Below, one piece after another: positions 17,933 through 30,100 of a stretch of DNA of 64,000 nucleotides. Position 1 is the stretch's first letter, and each line of letters begins with the position of its first letter. The translations under genes were made by a program, and so were the position numbers. The notes beneath the pieces are model-generated. The model made no database searches. It saw only the letters and a list, made by a program, of their open reading frames with translations, and was not told the origin of the DNA. The stretch lies in IMG/VR virus record IMGVR_UViG_2061766007_000763. One strand, 5' to 3'. Source of the stretch: an uncultured virus (IMG/VR IMGVR_UViG_2061766007_000763) (Duplodnaviria > Heunggongvirae > Uroviricota > Caudoviricetes).

Positions 17933-18541
17933 TTAACCTTCACTTTCACCCTGATTGTTTTCTTCGGCATGAGGCTGTACTCCTTCTGTTAAGTTTTCTA
18001 TTGATGAAACGGCTTCTTTGAAATTCTCGTTACGCTGATACTCCTCTTCCGAGGCTTCCGAACCAAGAGATTTTTCAACCTGTTCATTGGTGTATTCCAG
18101 TATCTCTGCAGCCAAATTGCAAAGCAACGTCATGTCGGTTGCGGCTACAAGTGGTGCCTGCATCGCAGCTTTTAATGCGCTGGTATTAATGATTAGGTTT
18201 TGTACTTCCTCTTCCGACATATTATCTTTGGTCTCGTGGGCCTCTATGAATGTCTGTATGAGCGAATAAAGACCAAGGCCGGGCTTTACGAATATTCGAT
18301 AGCCGCCTTTTGTGCGGAAATAAGCGCACTTCTCACTCAAGCCTATTTCGCAGGTCCCAAGGTCTATTTTTTTAACAACATCCTTTTCCTCCAGATAGAA
18401 GGCCATTGGCTCAACCGCTAACTGAGCACGCAGAGAAGAAAGATTGTCTATTGATTCCTTGAGCTTGTTGTTATCACCAACGAGCTCGTAAACCTTAGCT
18501 AACTGCTCGTCATAGCGTTTCTGTATTTCTTTCCTATCCAT
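17933..18541 (-). CDS. Hypothetical acidic protein
   Basis: 202-aa ORF in operon. Confidence 0.7.
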   Translation of the reverse strand: MDRKEIQKRYDEQLAKVYELVGDNNKLKESIDNLSSLRAQLAVEPMAFYLEEKDVVKKIDLGTCEIGLSEKCAYFRTKGGYRIFVKPGLGLYSLIQTFIEAHETKDNMSEEEVQNLIINTSALKAAMQAPLVAATDMTLLCNLAAEILEYTNEQVEKSLGSEASEEEYQRNENFKEAVSSIENLTEGVQPHAEENNQGESEG

Positions 18542-18545
18542 TGTA

Positions 18546-18968
18546 TCAATGTTTTGGTTCGCTGTTTAACTGAATCTTCATGGCATAACCAACCATGATT
18601 TCCTTCTGCTGTTTTGCAGAAAGATTTTTGACCTCCTCTATGCTCTTTCCGGATATGCGAGCGACGTACTCGTGCTTCTCGTTTGCCTGCTGTGTGGTAA
18701 ACTTAGGAAGGAACTGGGAATCAATGTAGATATAAGGGTAAATCTCGTCGATGGAACGAATGGCATCAAGGCTGAAATCCTTTACCGTAAAATAACGACC
18801 GTTGGCCTCTCGGCGCAATATTACGTAACTTTGAACCCGGCCATTCATACGTGTAACAAGGCCTATGGCTTTTATCCATAAAGCCTTATTATCCCACTTT
18901 GCCGGTAACTCGTGCAGGTGGGCGTAATTGAGGGCTTCCTTCAGAGTGCTTTCTTTCTGATTTTTCAT
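18546..18968 (-). CDS. Hypothetical protein
   Basis: 140-aa ORF preceded by TAAATTTG. Confidence 0.7.
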   Translation of the reverse strand: MKNQKESTLKEALNYAHLHELPAKWDNKALWIKAIGLVTRMNGRVQSYVILRREANGRYFTVKDFSLDAIRSIDEIYPYIYIDSQFLPKFTTQQANEKHEYVARISGKSIEEVKNLSAKQQKEIMVGYAMKIQLNSEPKH

Positions 18969-19168
18969 AACGTCACAAATTTATGGAATATTTATCATAT
19001 TGCAATAAATACACAATATTTATTTATTTCAAACAAGCGCAAGCCCGAAGACCTGCGCTTGAGTAAAAAATGGAAAACAAACGAGGTTAAGTATAACCTC
19101 CCCCATTATTATCATCCTTATACAAGGAGGCGAAGATTGCAAGTAGGAAAAGAACTAAATACCACATG

Positions 19169-19666
19169 TTACTCTGCACCTTCTGGTGCTTTCCAAAGTA
19201 TGCCTTCAAGGGCGTTCTCGAATTGAGCAAGCAGTTCAAACTTGCCGAATTTGAGTTCCTTGTTCTCTTCCTGAAGTTTGCGCCATTCCTCGTAAGGCAT
19301 GACCTTCGGCTCAATGTCAATGCGGTCTTCAAGGAGTTTGTCAAATAGGCCGTTGAACTTCTCGTTCTTGGCTACCATCTCCTTGAACTCCTGTTCTTCA
19401 GCCTCGGTACGCTGGGCTTTTGCGGCCAACTCGTTCATACGTCTTGCGAACGCATTGCCATCCTCAATACCGGCCTCCTTTGTAAGTTGTTCTCTGCGGT
19501 CATTGAACTCGTGGTAAGCGTTCTTCAACTTGGTCTTGAATGATACCACCTTGTACGCATGGGCTAACTCCAATGTGCGTGATGAAAGACCCATCATACC
19601 ACCTTCAAACATTGCCCGGATGTCACCGAACATGACATTACCTTTGTTTTCTTTCTTCTCTGCCAT
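19169..19666 (-). CDS. Helical phage protein, possibly tail-fibre associated
   Basis: 165-aa charged helical ORF downstream of the tail fibre block. Confidence 0.7.
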   Translation of the reverse strand: MAEKKENKGNVMFGDIRAMFEGGMMGLSSRTLELAHAYKVVSFKTKLKNAYHEFNDRREQLTKEAGIEDGNAFARRMNELAAKAQRTEAEEQEFKEMVAKNEKFNGLFDKLLEDRIDIEPKVMPYEEWRKLQEENKELKFGKFELLAQFENALEGILWKAPEGAE

Positions 19667-19668
19667 AA

Positions 19669-19803
19669 TTATTTTGATTGGTTAAACATATTGTCAAGTA
19701 TTTCTCCGGCGTTGATATTATTGTCACGGATGTGGTCTTTGGTCGATTGTCTTACTGATACAGACATCGACACTTTCGGATTATCTACTTTCTTTCTTCC
19801 CAT
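19669..19803 (-). CDS. 44-aa ribbon-helix-helix-like DNA-binding protein
   Basis: MGRKKVDNPKVSMSVSVRQSTKDHIRDNNINAGEILDNMFNQSK*; alternating beta strand then two helices; absent from the ORF track. Confidence 0.55.
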   Translation of the reverse strand: MGRKKVDNPKVSMSVSVRQSTKDHIRDNNINAGEILDNMFNQSK

Positions 19804-20031
19804 AACAGCGGTAAAGATAGAAAATAATTGTAATATATTATAGATTTAATAAGAAAATATTTACTAATGAACCAACTTAGTAATCCACCCCTTTCACTTG
19901 GCATACTTGGCAAGGTTGCGAAGTAAAAGAAAAAGCGCACAGAACTAAATCTATGCGCTTTCTCGTCAGACTTGCGCCTGAACTAATTCATCGTGTGGCT
20001 NNNNNNNNNNNNNATTAAAGGGAAATTTCCC

Positions 20032-20379
20032 CTATTTCTTTTCCTCTACCTTGTTGTACCACTTTCCGCCGAGTGCCTTGCCAAACAGACCAAAGATGAG
20101 GTCGTAAACCTTCTTGATGATGTCAAGTTTGTTGTAACCGAACCAGTCAATAGCGAAGATGATGCCTCCCTCTACGATGACACAGGCCCACTCAGGAGTG
20201 AAGAATGTGCCGAGATAGCCGAGTATCCAAGCCACGAAAGCCGTGCCGAAGCAGATGATGACAGTAAGCAGTTCGTTAAACCACTTCTTGTCTACTTTGA
20301 ATAGACGTTTAAAGAACTCAGTGAGAGTTGTCACTGTGGGAATCAAGGCTAACATAGCCAACCAAATAGTTTCTTCCAT
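20032..20379 (-). CDS. Holin-like membrane protein with three TM segments
   Basis: Three hydrophobic helices and a basic C-terminus; follows tail genes. Confidence 0.6.
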   Translation of the reverse strand: MEETIWLAMLALIPTVTTLTEFFKRLFKVDKKWFNELLTVIICFGTAFVAWILGYLGTFFTPEWACVIVEGGIIFAIDWFGYNKLDIIKKVYDLIFGLFGKALGGKWYNKVEEKK

Positions 20380-20417
20380 AATTGTAATGTTTTAAGTTAA
20401 TAAAAAAGTATGTATGA

Positions 20418-23400
20418 TTAAAAAATCCTCACTTTGAAGTAGTCGCCAGCCTGCACGTTGCTGAAAGTCTTTTGGAACCTATAACAATCCTCATATATCA
20501 CATCATCAAGACCAAGAATTTGCTTGGTATAAGTATGAACTGTTACCGATTGTTGTGTAACGGTCTTGCTCAGCAGGTTATAAGCGTAATCCTCAGTGGA
20601 GGATACCAATGTTCCGCTTGAATTATACCTTTCTATGACTATCTTACCGCTGTTATTGGATGCTGAGACAATTGGAACCATGACAGGGTTGGCGGCCACA
20701 TAAGCACTGCCATTGCGGGTGAATGCACGGAAATACAAGTATAATGTTACACTGCCATTCTCGCGTGTAGTCTGTAACCATGAATCAGCCATTTCGTATG
20801 TACGCTGGCTGGTTATTGTTTCACCACAATCGGGGAATATGACGTGATGGTGGGTAGCATCCCATAATGCGTTGTCATAAACCACAAATATGGGTGTGGT
20901 GCTTGCATCATAAACATGGAATATAGCAGTTGTATCCTTGGGTATAGCATAATTATAAGGGCCGTGAGATATATTGAAATCGAAGCCGTTGACAGCCAAG
21001 AAACGCACCTTGTCATACAAGTGGCCAGATTCGCTATTGTGGGCATCAATATTTTCACAATCTTCTGGAGTGTCAAGAATGGCTGACGCAGATGTACTTG
21101 TATAATAGCCAAACTGACGCTGGCCGTTTTTCCACAAGGCATAAGGTCTGTTCAGGGCGTTACCCGCCCAAGTGCTTGCGGTAAATTGGCCATACCACTT
21201 ACTCAAATCAGACCCCGCAGACGCTTCAAGTGCAGTCTTGGTGATGCTTTGCTTAACTGTCGCCGCGTAGTTATAATTGTTGTTGGCATAGTAGAACAAC
21301 TCAACCACTCCCATATAATCGGTAGCCGCGCTATCAAGTGCCGTGATAGCACCGCTTGAATTGGTGGTGCAACCGATGATAGGCATTGACAAGGTGGTGA
21401 AAATCTGCAAAGCACCGCCTGCTCCTCTGTTATAGTCAAAACGAGTCTGCATCAACGGAGAATAGTTCTCGTTGAGATAATTGGTTGTGAAGTTACAACC
21501 ATAGACATTGCAGATATTCAAGTTGCCTTCGGGTTTGAGAATAGCACGATAATTGGGCGCATCGGCATTTATCCATCCTTCGCGCCATTCTTGGCTGTCA
21601 CTATTCCAGTTCTCGTCACGTTGACTTACACCCGATGTGCCGTCTATCTTCATATCAAAGGCGGGGTACAGACTGCATTTCTTCGGTGCAACCAGATACG
21701 AGCAGTCAACGAGGTTGTTGATAGCAGACGCACCAACTACCATTGACATCTTGGCCCACAACGGCATGGGATTGCTTTCCGTGTAGTTCATTATATAGTC
21801 GAGCAAACGCCATTTGCGTTCGGGGTCGGATGTCGGAACTAAATCCTCAGACCATCCGTCCCTACGGTATTCATTCTTAACCGCATCGGAAGCACCTGAT
21901 GTGAGGAAAGGTGCAGATGTTTCCTTATGTTCCTTGGTTTCAACAAATACATCAGACCCTTGCTCGGTGAGGGTGAGTGACAACTTCACACCCTTCGGTG
22001 TCCATCCTATAAGGCTCATATCGTCATAGGAGCGATTCCAAGGTGCGAGATTGCCAAGACGATAGGAAACCTTACCTCCAAGGGTTTCGTTGAGGACATA
22101 GACCACCTCGTTATCTCTTGCGGGATGGCCAAATATTGTGGATGCGGTAAGACTACCGCCATTAATATCTTCGTTTTCCGTCCGTACCATAGCACCATTG
22201 TGTATGTTCACTTTTAGTGTGTCATTGTCGAAACGGATGAAAGGTGCGTGGAAGCAGTTGACATCGGTATTGTAGTTGTCAAAATACTGCAGGGGTGCGC
22301 CAATGGTCTTTACCTTGCAGAACGCGGGGCTACCAGCGTCCTGACCGCTTGTAACCATACGCTTGAGCATATTAAATCTCATACGTCCGTTGGCATCCAC
22401 CAAGAAGCCGAAATCAATGGCATCGTTCCATATCGACCATTTGGGTGTGCGTCCATGATGCAGTTCACCAGCATCGTAGTTGAAACCACCCGATATAGAG
22501 GGGGTGAACTCAGCGTAAGTCCATCCGCTCGGACGTGGAAGGTCTTTCACCGATATAGCGAATTTGCGTACATCGGAACTCTGAGTGAGTGACGCGGGAT
22601 AGTCCGCTTGCCCTGCTGCTGTTCCATCTTCGGTAAAGCCTGCATCGGTATCCAGACCCTTATCCTCGGCCAGTATCGGTATGATATTGTTATAACCAGA
22701 GTTGGTAATGAACTTGATGTCATGCAACTGCACGCCGTAGCCTTCTTGGGGGAAGTTCTCGGTGGAACTTGTCGATGTGCCACCTGCAGCACTGCCATTG
22801 ACAGTAGTTCCGATATCCTGACTATCACGAATATCCACCATCGTGCCATCGGTAGCAGATGCGTTATAGTTGGCGGGATACATATCGAAGGTGTAGAGGG
22901 CCTTCAGGTCATCAAACATAAATGAGTAGGCGTAGACCTCATATATCCTTATGGCCCACGAGCCTGACGAATGTATGCAGGCCGAGTTGGTCGTGCCGTC
23001 AATCACACCGCCGACACGAGCGTAATACGGAGAGACAGTAGTGGTAATCTCGATAGTATCATAGGTGACACCATCGCAGAACGGATACATCTTACGGCCT
23101 GCAAATGAACTGAGGTCGGGTATGACACCCACAAATCCGATGTCGTGCCGTTTGTCGTCACAATCAATAGAGAGCAGTGGTGTCGTGCCGTTACGCCATT
23201 GTATCTTATGTGTGCTACCATTCTTGTAGACAAAGATGTTCGCACCTGACGTATTGCCGTAGATATACCCCTCGGCATTTTCCTCTATCTGGCATCTGAT
23301 GAATACCGACTCGCCGAGCGCATGATACCAACGCATACGGACATACCTGTTGTTCATCTGCCTGTAATAGCGGAAGTAGAATGTGTCATTACCTCTTGTC

Positions 23401-23477
23401 ACGGCGACATCCTTCGGCATACGTTTGATAGTCACCGCAGTATTGTAGAGGTCGCCATTGTTCTTGAATATAGGCAT
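20418..23477 (-). CDS. Large putative virion or receptor-binding protein (1019 aa)
   Basis: Beta-rich, rich in Asn/Thr/Tyr; N-terminal region resembles the upstream 219-aa protein; lies in the tail fibre operon. Confidence 0.65.
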   Translation of the reverse strand: MPIFKNNGDLYNTAVTIKRMPKDVAVTRGNDTFYFRYYRQMNNRYVRMRWYHALGESVFIRCQIEENAEGYIYGNTSGANIFVYKNGSTHKIQWRNGTTPLLSIDCDDKRHDIGFVGVIPDLSSFAGRKMYPFCDGVTYDTIEITTTVSPYYARVGGVIDGTTNSACIHSSGSWAIRIYEVYAYSFMFDDLKALYTFDMYPANYNASATDGTMVDIRDSQDIGTTVNGSAAGGTSTSSTENFPQEGYGVQLHDIKFITNSGYNNIIPILAEDKGLDTDAGFTEDGTAAGQADYPASLTQSSDVRKFAISVKDLPRPSGWTYAEFTPSISGGFNYDAGELHHGRTPKWSIWNDAIDFGFLVDANGRMRFNMLKRMVTSGQDAGSPAFCKVKTIGAPLQYFDNYNTDVNCFHAPFIRFDNDTLKVNIHNGAMVRTENEDINGGSLTASTIFGHPARDNEVVYVLNETLGGKVSYRLGNLAPWNRSYDDMSLIGWTPKGVKLSLTLTEQGSDVFVETKEHKETSAPFLTSGASDAVKNEYRRDGWSEDLVPTSDPERKWRLLDYIMNYTESNPMPLWAKMSMVVGASAINNLVDCSYLVAPKKCSLYPAFDMKIDGTSGVSQRDENWNSDSQEWREGWINADAPNYRAILKPEGNLNICNVYGCNFTTNYLNENYSPLMQTRFDYNRGAGGALQIFTTLSMPIIGCTTNSSGAITALDSAATDYMGVVELFYYANNNYNYAATVKQSITKTALEASAGSDLSKWYGQFTASTWAGNALNRPYALWKNGQRQFGYYTSTSASAILDTPEDCENIDAHNSESGHLYDKVRFLAVNGFDFNISHGPYNYAIPKDTTAIFHVYDASTTPIFVVYDNALWDATHHHVIFPDCGETITSQRTYEMADSWLQTTRENGSVTLYLYFRAFTRNGSAYVAANPVMVPIVSASNNSGKIVIERYNSSGTLVSSTEDYAYNLLSKTVTQQSVTVHTYTKQILGLDDVIYEDCYRFQKTFSNVQAGDYFKVRIF

Positions 23478-23496
23478 AATATATCGTTTTAAGTTA

Positions 23497-24156
23497 TTAC
23501 CATATTACTGGGCCAGCCACGAAAGCCACACCCGTAGTAGACGAGTAGAACGTGCTATTCGTCAGGTTATACAAGCCCACCACACCATCACTCTTGCGCT
23601 TGGCAGGTATCAGTTCCGCAAACTTTGTCGTGCCGTTGTATATCGCTATGTACTTGATGTCAAAGTGTGCGGCGGCACTTGTCTTACCTGAGTCTGACGA
23701 TGCTCTCTGACCGATACCGATAGCCATCGTTCTCATACTGCTATAACGCGCATTGACCGATTGGGTGCTACCCGTAAACTTGGTCAAGGTGGTTGACTGC
23801 AACTTACACGTCTGGAACGTGTTGTTGTTCGTCAGCGAGCAGTCATAGGTCACACCATTACCTGACGAGTTGGTATAATCCACATACACCTTTCCCGCGT
23901 TGGTTGCGCCACTGGCATAACGTGTAAGCCAAAAGCGTATGTTATACGCAGAACGTTGGTTAAGTCCACCAAGAATATAGACGGCCTCACTATCTGCCGT
24001 AGTGGGAAAGCGTAAGGTTGCCTCAAAGCCAGCCGTTGAGCCGTAGTTGAAAGAGGGTATGAGGAAGCCAGCACCACCATTGGTGCTGACATACTCCAAC
24101 TCATTGTATGTGCTGGGTAAGTTATGATTGGCTACTATGTAACTGCGTCTACCCAT
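23497..24156 (-). CDS. Tail-associated beta-sandwich (lectin-like) protein
   Basis: LPSTYNELEYVSTNG...ELIPAKRKSDGVVGLYNL.NSTFYS motif, common next to phage fibres. Confidence 0.65.
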   Translation of the reverse strand: MGRRSYIVANHNLPSTYNELEYVSTNGGAGFLIPSFNYGSTAGFEATLRFPTTADSEAVYILGGLNQRSAYNIRFWLTRYASGATNAGKVYVDYTNSSGNGVTYDCSLTNNNTFQTCKLQSTTLTKFTGSTQSVNARYSSMRTMAIGIGQRASSDSGKTSAAAHFDIKYIAIYNGTTKFAELIPAKRKSDGVVGLYNLTNSTFYSSTTGVAFVAGPVIW

Positions 24157-24157
24157 A

Positions 24158-27100
24158 TTACATTGTGGTTATATCCTTGAGTGGCATTGACCATGTTACC
24201 ATACACTTGGCATTGGATGCTGGGTGTATGATTGAGAACTCCATATAAGAGTTGGCGGGAATGCTAACGCTGTCGGCAGGGGCTATCACTCCTTTGTTTG
24301 CAGGGTCAAAGAACTGCACAGTGGTTGCACTACTGCGGTCGTTGTATATCATAACATAGCGATGCACACCATAGGAATTGGCTGCCGCGTTAGAGGTCGT
24401 GACTGTTATTATAAGCGATGACTGCGATGAGTTAGTGATATACTGATAGGTTGGGTCTGCGCCCGTAGCCACATCAATACTGCTGCTACTTGCAGTAGAA
24501 GTGCTGTAGACCATACCCTTCTTGTATCCCCATCCTGCAACAGTGGTGGTCGATGGCAGGCTATTGATTATGGCTGTGTACATCGTTTTTGCACCCTTCT
24601 GCGACAAGGCTTCCGTTGTGCTACCCGAATTGGACGGGTTGTAGGTGGCGGTGTAGTTCGGGAGTGTGATTACGCCATTGTAAGCCTCGTAGTTCTGACC
24701 ATTCATCGTAATCTTCTGCGCGAACGCTACACCCGATACGGAATTGATAGCCATAGATGCGATACCCATGGCCGATACACCGCCCATTGAGCAAAGGTCT
24801 GCAGTAGATGATGATGTACCCACCTCCACCTTGCGGTTNNNNNNNNNNNNNNNNNNNNNNNNNNNNNNNNNNNNNNNNNNNCTTGCAGAGAAGGCTATAT
24901 TACCTACGTTGGTCATATCACCACTGATGGTTGCAGGGATACCACCTGATGTCCAGAATGTCTGACCCCAAGCGGTCTTGCTCACTGTGGTCAATGCGCC
25001 TGCCGTGATAGATGACTGATTTATCCATTCGGGTGTACCTGCGGTAGATTTGAGAATCTGACCACTTGAGCCTGCGCCCGTAGGTGCGTAGAATGATGCG
25101 GTGCTTGCAGCCTTGCTTGAGCCGTTCAATGTCACTGCCGTTCCACCTGCATAGGTAGAGCATTCTTGGAACGCGCCATTGGCATCGGTATATATAGGCT
25201 TTGTTGTAGAGCCTTTGGATGCGGCCTTGACTGCGTAGTATGAGCCGTGCTGTCCGTCAAGGAGGTCGGCATTGAGGTTGGTGACGACAGTGGTTGAGTC
25301 AACCTTGAAAGGTGCTGTACCTTGAGCCGCAGACGAATATATAACTCCTGCGACTTGAAGTTTATGAGAAGGAGAAGTAGTACCGATACCAACATTACCG
25401 CCATGAAGGATATTTACATAGTCAAACGGAGTTGTGCCAGAAGTAGATGCAGGGCCTCTAAATCTTAGACCATTATCATTTGCGGTGATACCCCACATTC
25501 CTGCATCGTAATCACTTTGTTGAACGCATCTAAACCAAATAGAAGATATTCCACCATAGTTGTGAATCCTTATTCCTTCAGAATATCCACTAACACCAGT
25601 GATATTCAGGCAGCCTGTCATCGCGCCACCTGACTTCTTTAGATAGGTAGTGTTGATAGCATTATCATCGGAGTCGTTGGTGGCTTTGGTGGCAGAGGAA
25701 GCATTGCCATATATTCCACTTGGAAAATATCTTGCCCTGCTTATAGCAAAGGTGACAACAGATGTTGTTAAAGTAAATGTCAAACTATTATTTACCTCTG
25801 GATTATCTATTACCTCTGGATGTCCGCTATAAGTACCTGTTTTATATACAACATCTTTGGGTAAACCCAAACTATTAGAATCCCAATCACTTCTACATGC
25901 ACCTGTAAATACTATGTTAGTAAACGGGTTGGCATGATAAGGACAATATAGTGCATAATATTCTATATTGTTATAACTACACCTACATAGTTTATATTCT
26001 CCGTTTTGACCATAATATTCAATATGATACTCTAATGTATTATATACTTGGTTAATATTTATATCTACTACGTCATAAACATTTCCACCAGTTTTATATA
26101 AAAAGAACCTGCCATCTATATTGTTGTATGCTGACTTATTGGCTGTGCTTTGAACAGCAATAAGTAAGATAACATGATATTTGTAAGAGTCTGTTGATGA
26201 ATTTATATCTCTATGTACGAACGTTGTCGCATTGTTATCAGTGTTAACGCCAAATGATTTTTCTGCACTTGTCGCATACGGAATAGTCAAGTCGGCATTA
26301 GTGCCATTGGTATTGATGCGGAGGTAGTTGCCGTTGATGGTTGCCGCACGGACACCTGAGTTATCAAAGGTCACAGTCCCACTGCTGTTGGTAAGCGACA
26401 CGCCTGTACCTGCCTTGAGGTTCAAAGCGGTAGTGTTGTTACCCAATATTTCAGTGCCGTTCAGTTGTATCGGGCGATGGGTGTTGGTATCGGTGAATAC
26501 CGCATCGGCAGGCACTGTCTTGTTCAGCGAGTAGGTGCAAGCAACGGGAACTCCGTTAGCGAAATAGACGGGGTTGCTTGCACTGCCTGCGTTGGTGTTC
26601 AACTTACCTGCGGCAGTAGCATACGGCACAGTAATAGCAGTCTGAGCCGTACCGCCTTTACTCCAAGTCAGAGTATTACCGCTTGTGCCGATAGATGTCA
26701 CATAATCCCCGTGAGCGTGGGTTGATGCAGTGCCGAGATTGGCGGCAAGGGCATACTGACTATGCGTATGGTTCTTACCGCAAGCAACACCATCAGCACC
26801 ACTCGCGCCATTCATATCACCCGTAGCGAGTTTGACGTGACCATAGTTGGATGTAGTACCTACACCATAGCCAGTGCCACTTGATGCGTGAGATGACGGA
26901 GTACGGGCCGATGTATATGGGTCACTTGCAGGCAGAGCCAACGTGTGAGTTCCGTCATAGGCTTGAGCGGTAGTGCTGAGAGTCAGCGAACTATGCGTAT
27001 GACGCTTGTCGTAGGCATCATCCCAATTACTTTGCTTTGCGGTAGTAGGTAGTGAGTATCCGCTTGCGAAAGCCACAGTCAGAGTACCCGATGTTGTGAC

Positions 27101-30100
27101 GGGACTTGATGATACAGAGAAACCCGTAGGCATAGATAAGCCCACGCTTGTGACAGTACCCGAAGGCTCATCACCCGAAGGTATGAGTTCCCAAGTATTT
27201 GCGCTTGAGGTCTTGGTCAGGCAGATGAAGGTATCACCTACCTTTGCGGCCTTGCTTGCGTAAGTTCCTGCAGTTATGACCTTGTAGGTATCACCGATGG
27301 ATGCAGTTCCGTTGACGGGCAAAGCGGTGATTGTGCCGCCAGTACCGAGGCTCCCCTTGAACACCATAGGTTCGGGAAGGTTATCAATGGCAGTCCATAC
27401 GGCACCTGACGTAATAAGGTTGGTGCTATCCTTCGTAACTGCGGTATCATAACCTACATAAGCCGATGCGCCAAGACCTTTCACAGCCACATCAGTACCA
27501 CCGATAGACAGAGTTCCGTTGGCTGAGCCAGTTGCTATATTGAAGGTTGAATTACCGCTTTGGTTGGCGGTGAACGTAACCTTTGTAGTTCCGCTTGCTT
27601 GCAGATAAAGGTTGCCGTTGTTGACAGTCGGTATGGTCGGCTTATCGCTCAAATCATTGTAACTACCGCTTGTGGCAACAGTTGCTAATGCTGTTCCATT
27701 CTGATAAATGGTTGTAGCATTAAGAGTGCCGTTGACATCCAAATTATATGATGCACCAACCTGTGAACCAAGTAACTTGTTGATAACAACCGACTGCCCT
27801 TTGATTTGCATGGCAGGTGTCAGAGTATTCCAAGCAGGTCTATCAGAAGGTGTACCATAGGCAAATATCCACGATGTCGTATAATTTGCCGTGCCACCAA
27901 CATTTAAACCGCGGTTAAGAAAAACTACTGCTTCATCAGCACTTGTATTATGATAAATGCCACTTGCCCAAGAACCATTTGTTCTTAGAAAAATAGTATT
28001 TGCTCCATCTCCTATAGCCAAGTTGCCTGCACCAATCTCGTTATGAGTATAGGAGGGCTTATTGGCTGCTAACGCCCAATCGCTGATACCAAGCGTACTC
28101 TTGATATTGGCTTGAGTAAAATTAGCGGCATCGTAAGGGGTATAACCCAATGCGGTAGTCACCATACTTGAGGTAATCCCCGTTAACGGAGTGATATTAT
28201 TGCTACCGATGGTAATCACACCATTGGATATGCTTGCGGTCGGCATCGTGAATATGAAATTCGTACCGCCTGCCGTCAGAGCATATTTTGTTCCGAAATT
28301 CAGATTGAGTTGGTTGGTGCCAGTGCTTGATGCTATCGAGGTTGTGTGGGTATGACCTGACGTTGCAAAGTCTGACGCAGCGTGGAAGGCCGCAGTATCA
28401 AGACCCGTGACATCAATATTCTGAGCAGAGCCGCCTGAAGGAGTGACCTTTATCTGACCATCATTATCACCTGACGCAAAGGTGTAGGTGGTATCGGTAG
28501 CCGCGATGGTAATCACGTTGCTTGCGGCTGATATGGTCACGTTACTGCCTGCCTTGATAGTCTTGCTCGGACTGGTCGTGGGCTTGTATATATCCACCTG
28601 AGTACCTGCTGCGTTCTGGAAGGCGAGATTGTAGAACGTGTACTCGGTATTTGACCAAGGCACATAAACATACGCCTTGTTGTTGTTATCCAACTGCACG
28701 GCATAATACTTACCGCTTGCACCATAACCTATCCTGATACCGCCAAGTGCGTCTGACGTGGCAACAGGAAGGGTGTAGTTGTTCGCATGGTCAGCGATAC
28801 CATCCAACTTGGTCTTATCCGCATTGGACATCGCACCATCACGTCCGTTCGTGCCAGCAACGGCCAACGGAATGTTGACCACGCCATTCACGTCTGACAA
28901 AGCCGTGCCGTTGACTTTTATCTGTGTAAGTGTACCCTGACCGCCACCTCCGTTGATTGCCATATTAGCGATACCCAAAGCGGCCACGCCACCGAATGAC
29001 TGTATGTCGGCAGGTGCTTCCGATGTGCCGACTTCCACCTTGCGGTTGGTCTTGTCAAAGTAGAGCAGACCATCTATGTTGGTTACATAGTCAAGTGCCG
29101 CAGGTGCGGTCGCCGTACCTATTGATGCAGGGATACCGCTTGCAGTCCAATAGGTGTTACCGAACATAGTCTTGTTGGTATCCACAAGTCTTGCGGCTAC
29201 GATATTAGGTGCTGTCTGTGCCACTCCACCCAGATACCACTTGAGTTTGCCGTTGGTCGCGTCTATGCCAACTGCGGTGACATAATCTCCGTGAGCGTGA
29301 GTGGCAGCAGTGTTCCATCCTTTGACGGATACATTAGTACCTGCTATCTTGACCTGTCCGTTGTCATCTCCCGTTGCGAGGTCTATATTGGATGAGTTGA
29401 GTTTGCCGTTAGAGAAATAGCCCTCCAGAGTGCCGACTCTCGTACTTACATCCGACAATGCCGTTCCACTGGCTACATCAGTATCTAAAGCCCAAGTGTC
29501 AGCGGCGGNNNNNNNNNNNNNNNNNNNNNNNNNNNNNNNNNNNNNNNAGGTCATCCGCACCCGTGACATCAGCCAACGCCCAAGTGGTCGGGAAGTCGCT
29601 CACCTGCGATTTGGTGATGCTGATGTCTTGAAACGTAGCGGCTATCTTACCATCCGTCTCGGTCAATGAAGCCAAGGTCTTGCCTGCACCAAAGCCCGTG
29701 ATATTGCTTACGTCAAGGGCATTGATAGCGTTAGTCACTGTGGACTTGGTGGCAACCTTGTTGGTTGAGGCATCGTAAGTGCCGTCAAAGGCGAGAGCGT
29801 TCTGTTTGGCGTTCCAAGTGGCTGCACTCGCAATATAATAATCTGCGATTGCCGAGCCGTGCCATACACCTGTGGCGATAGTACCCAAGGTGGTGATGTT
29901 CTGAGTTCCAGCCCATGTACTCAAGGCTGTGTTCTCTACGTTACCAAGACCGATATTTGCCTTGGTGATATTAACGTTACCAATTCGGTATACACTTTCT
30001 GCGTCACCCTTCACTCCCGTCACGGCATCGGTATTATCTATCTTACCCCAACCTGCGGATGTGGCTATTATCCAGTCACCGACCAATACGCCAAGTGATG

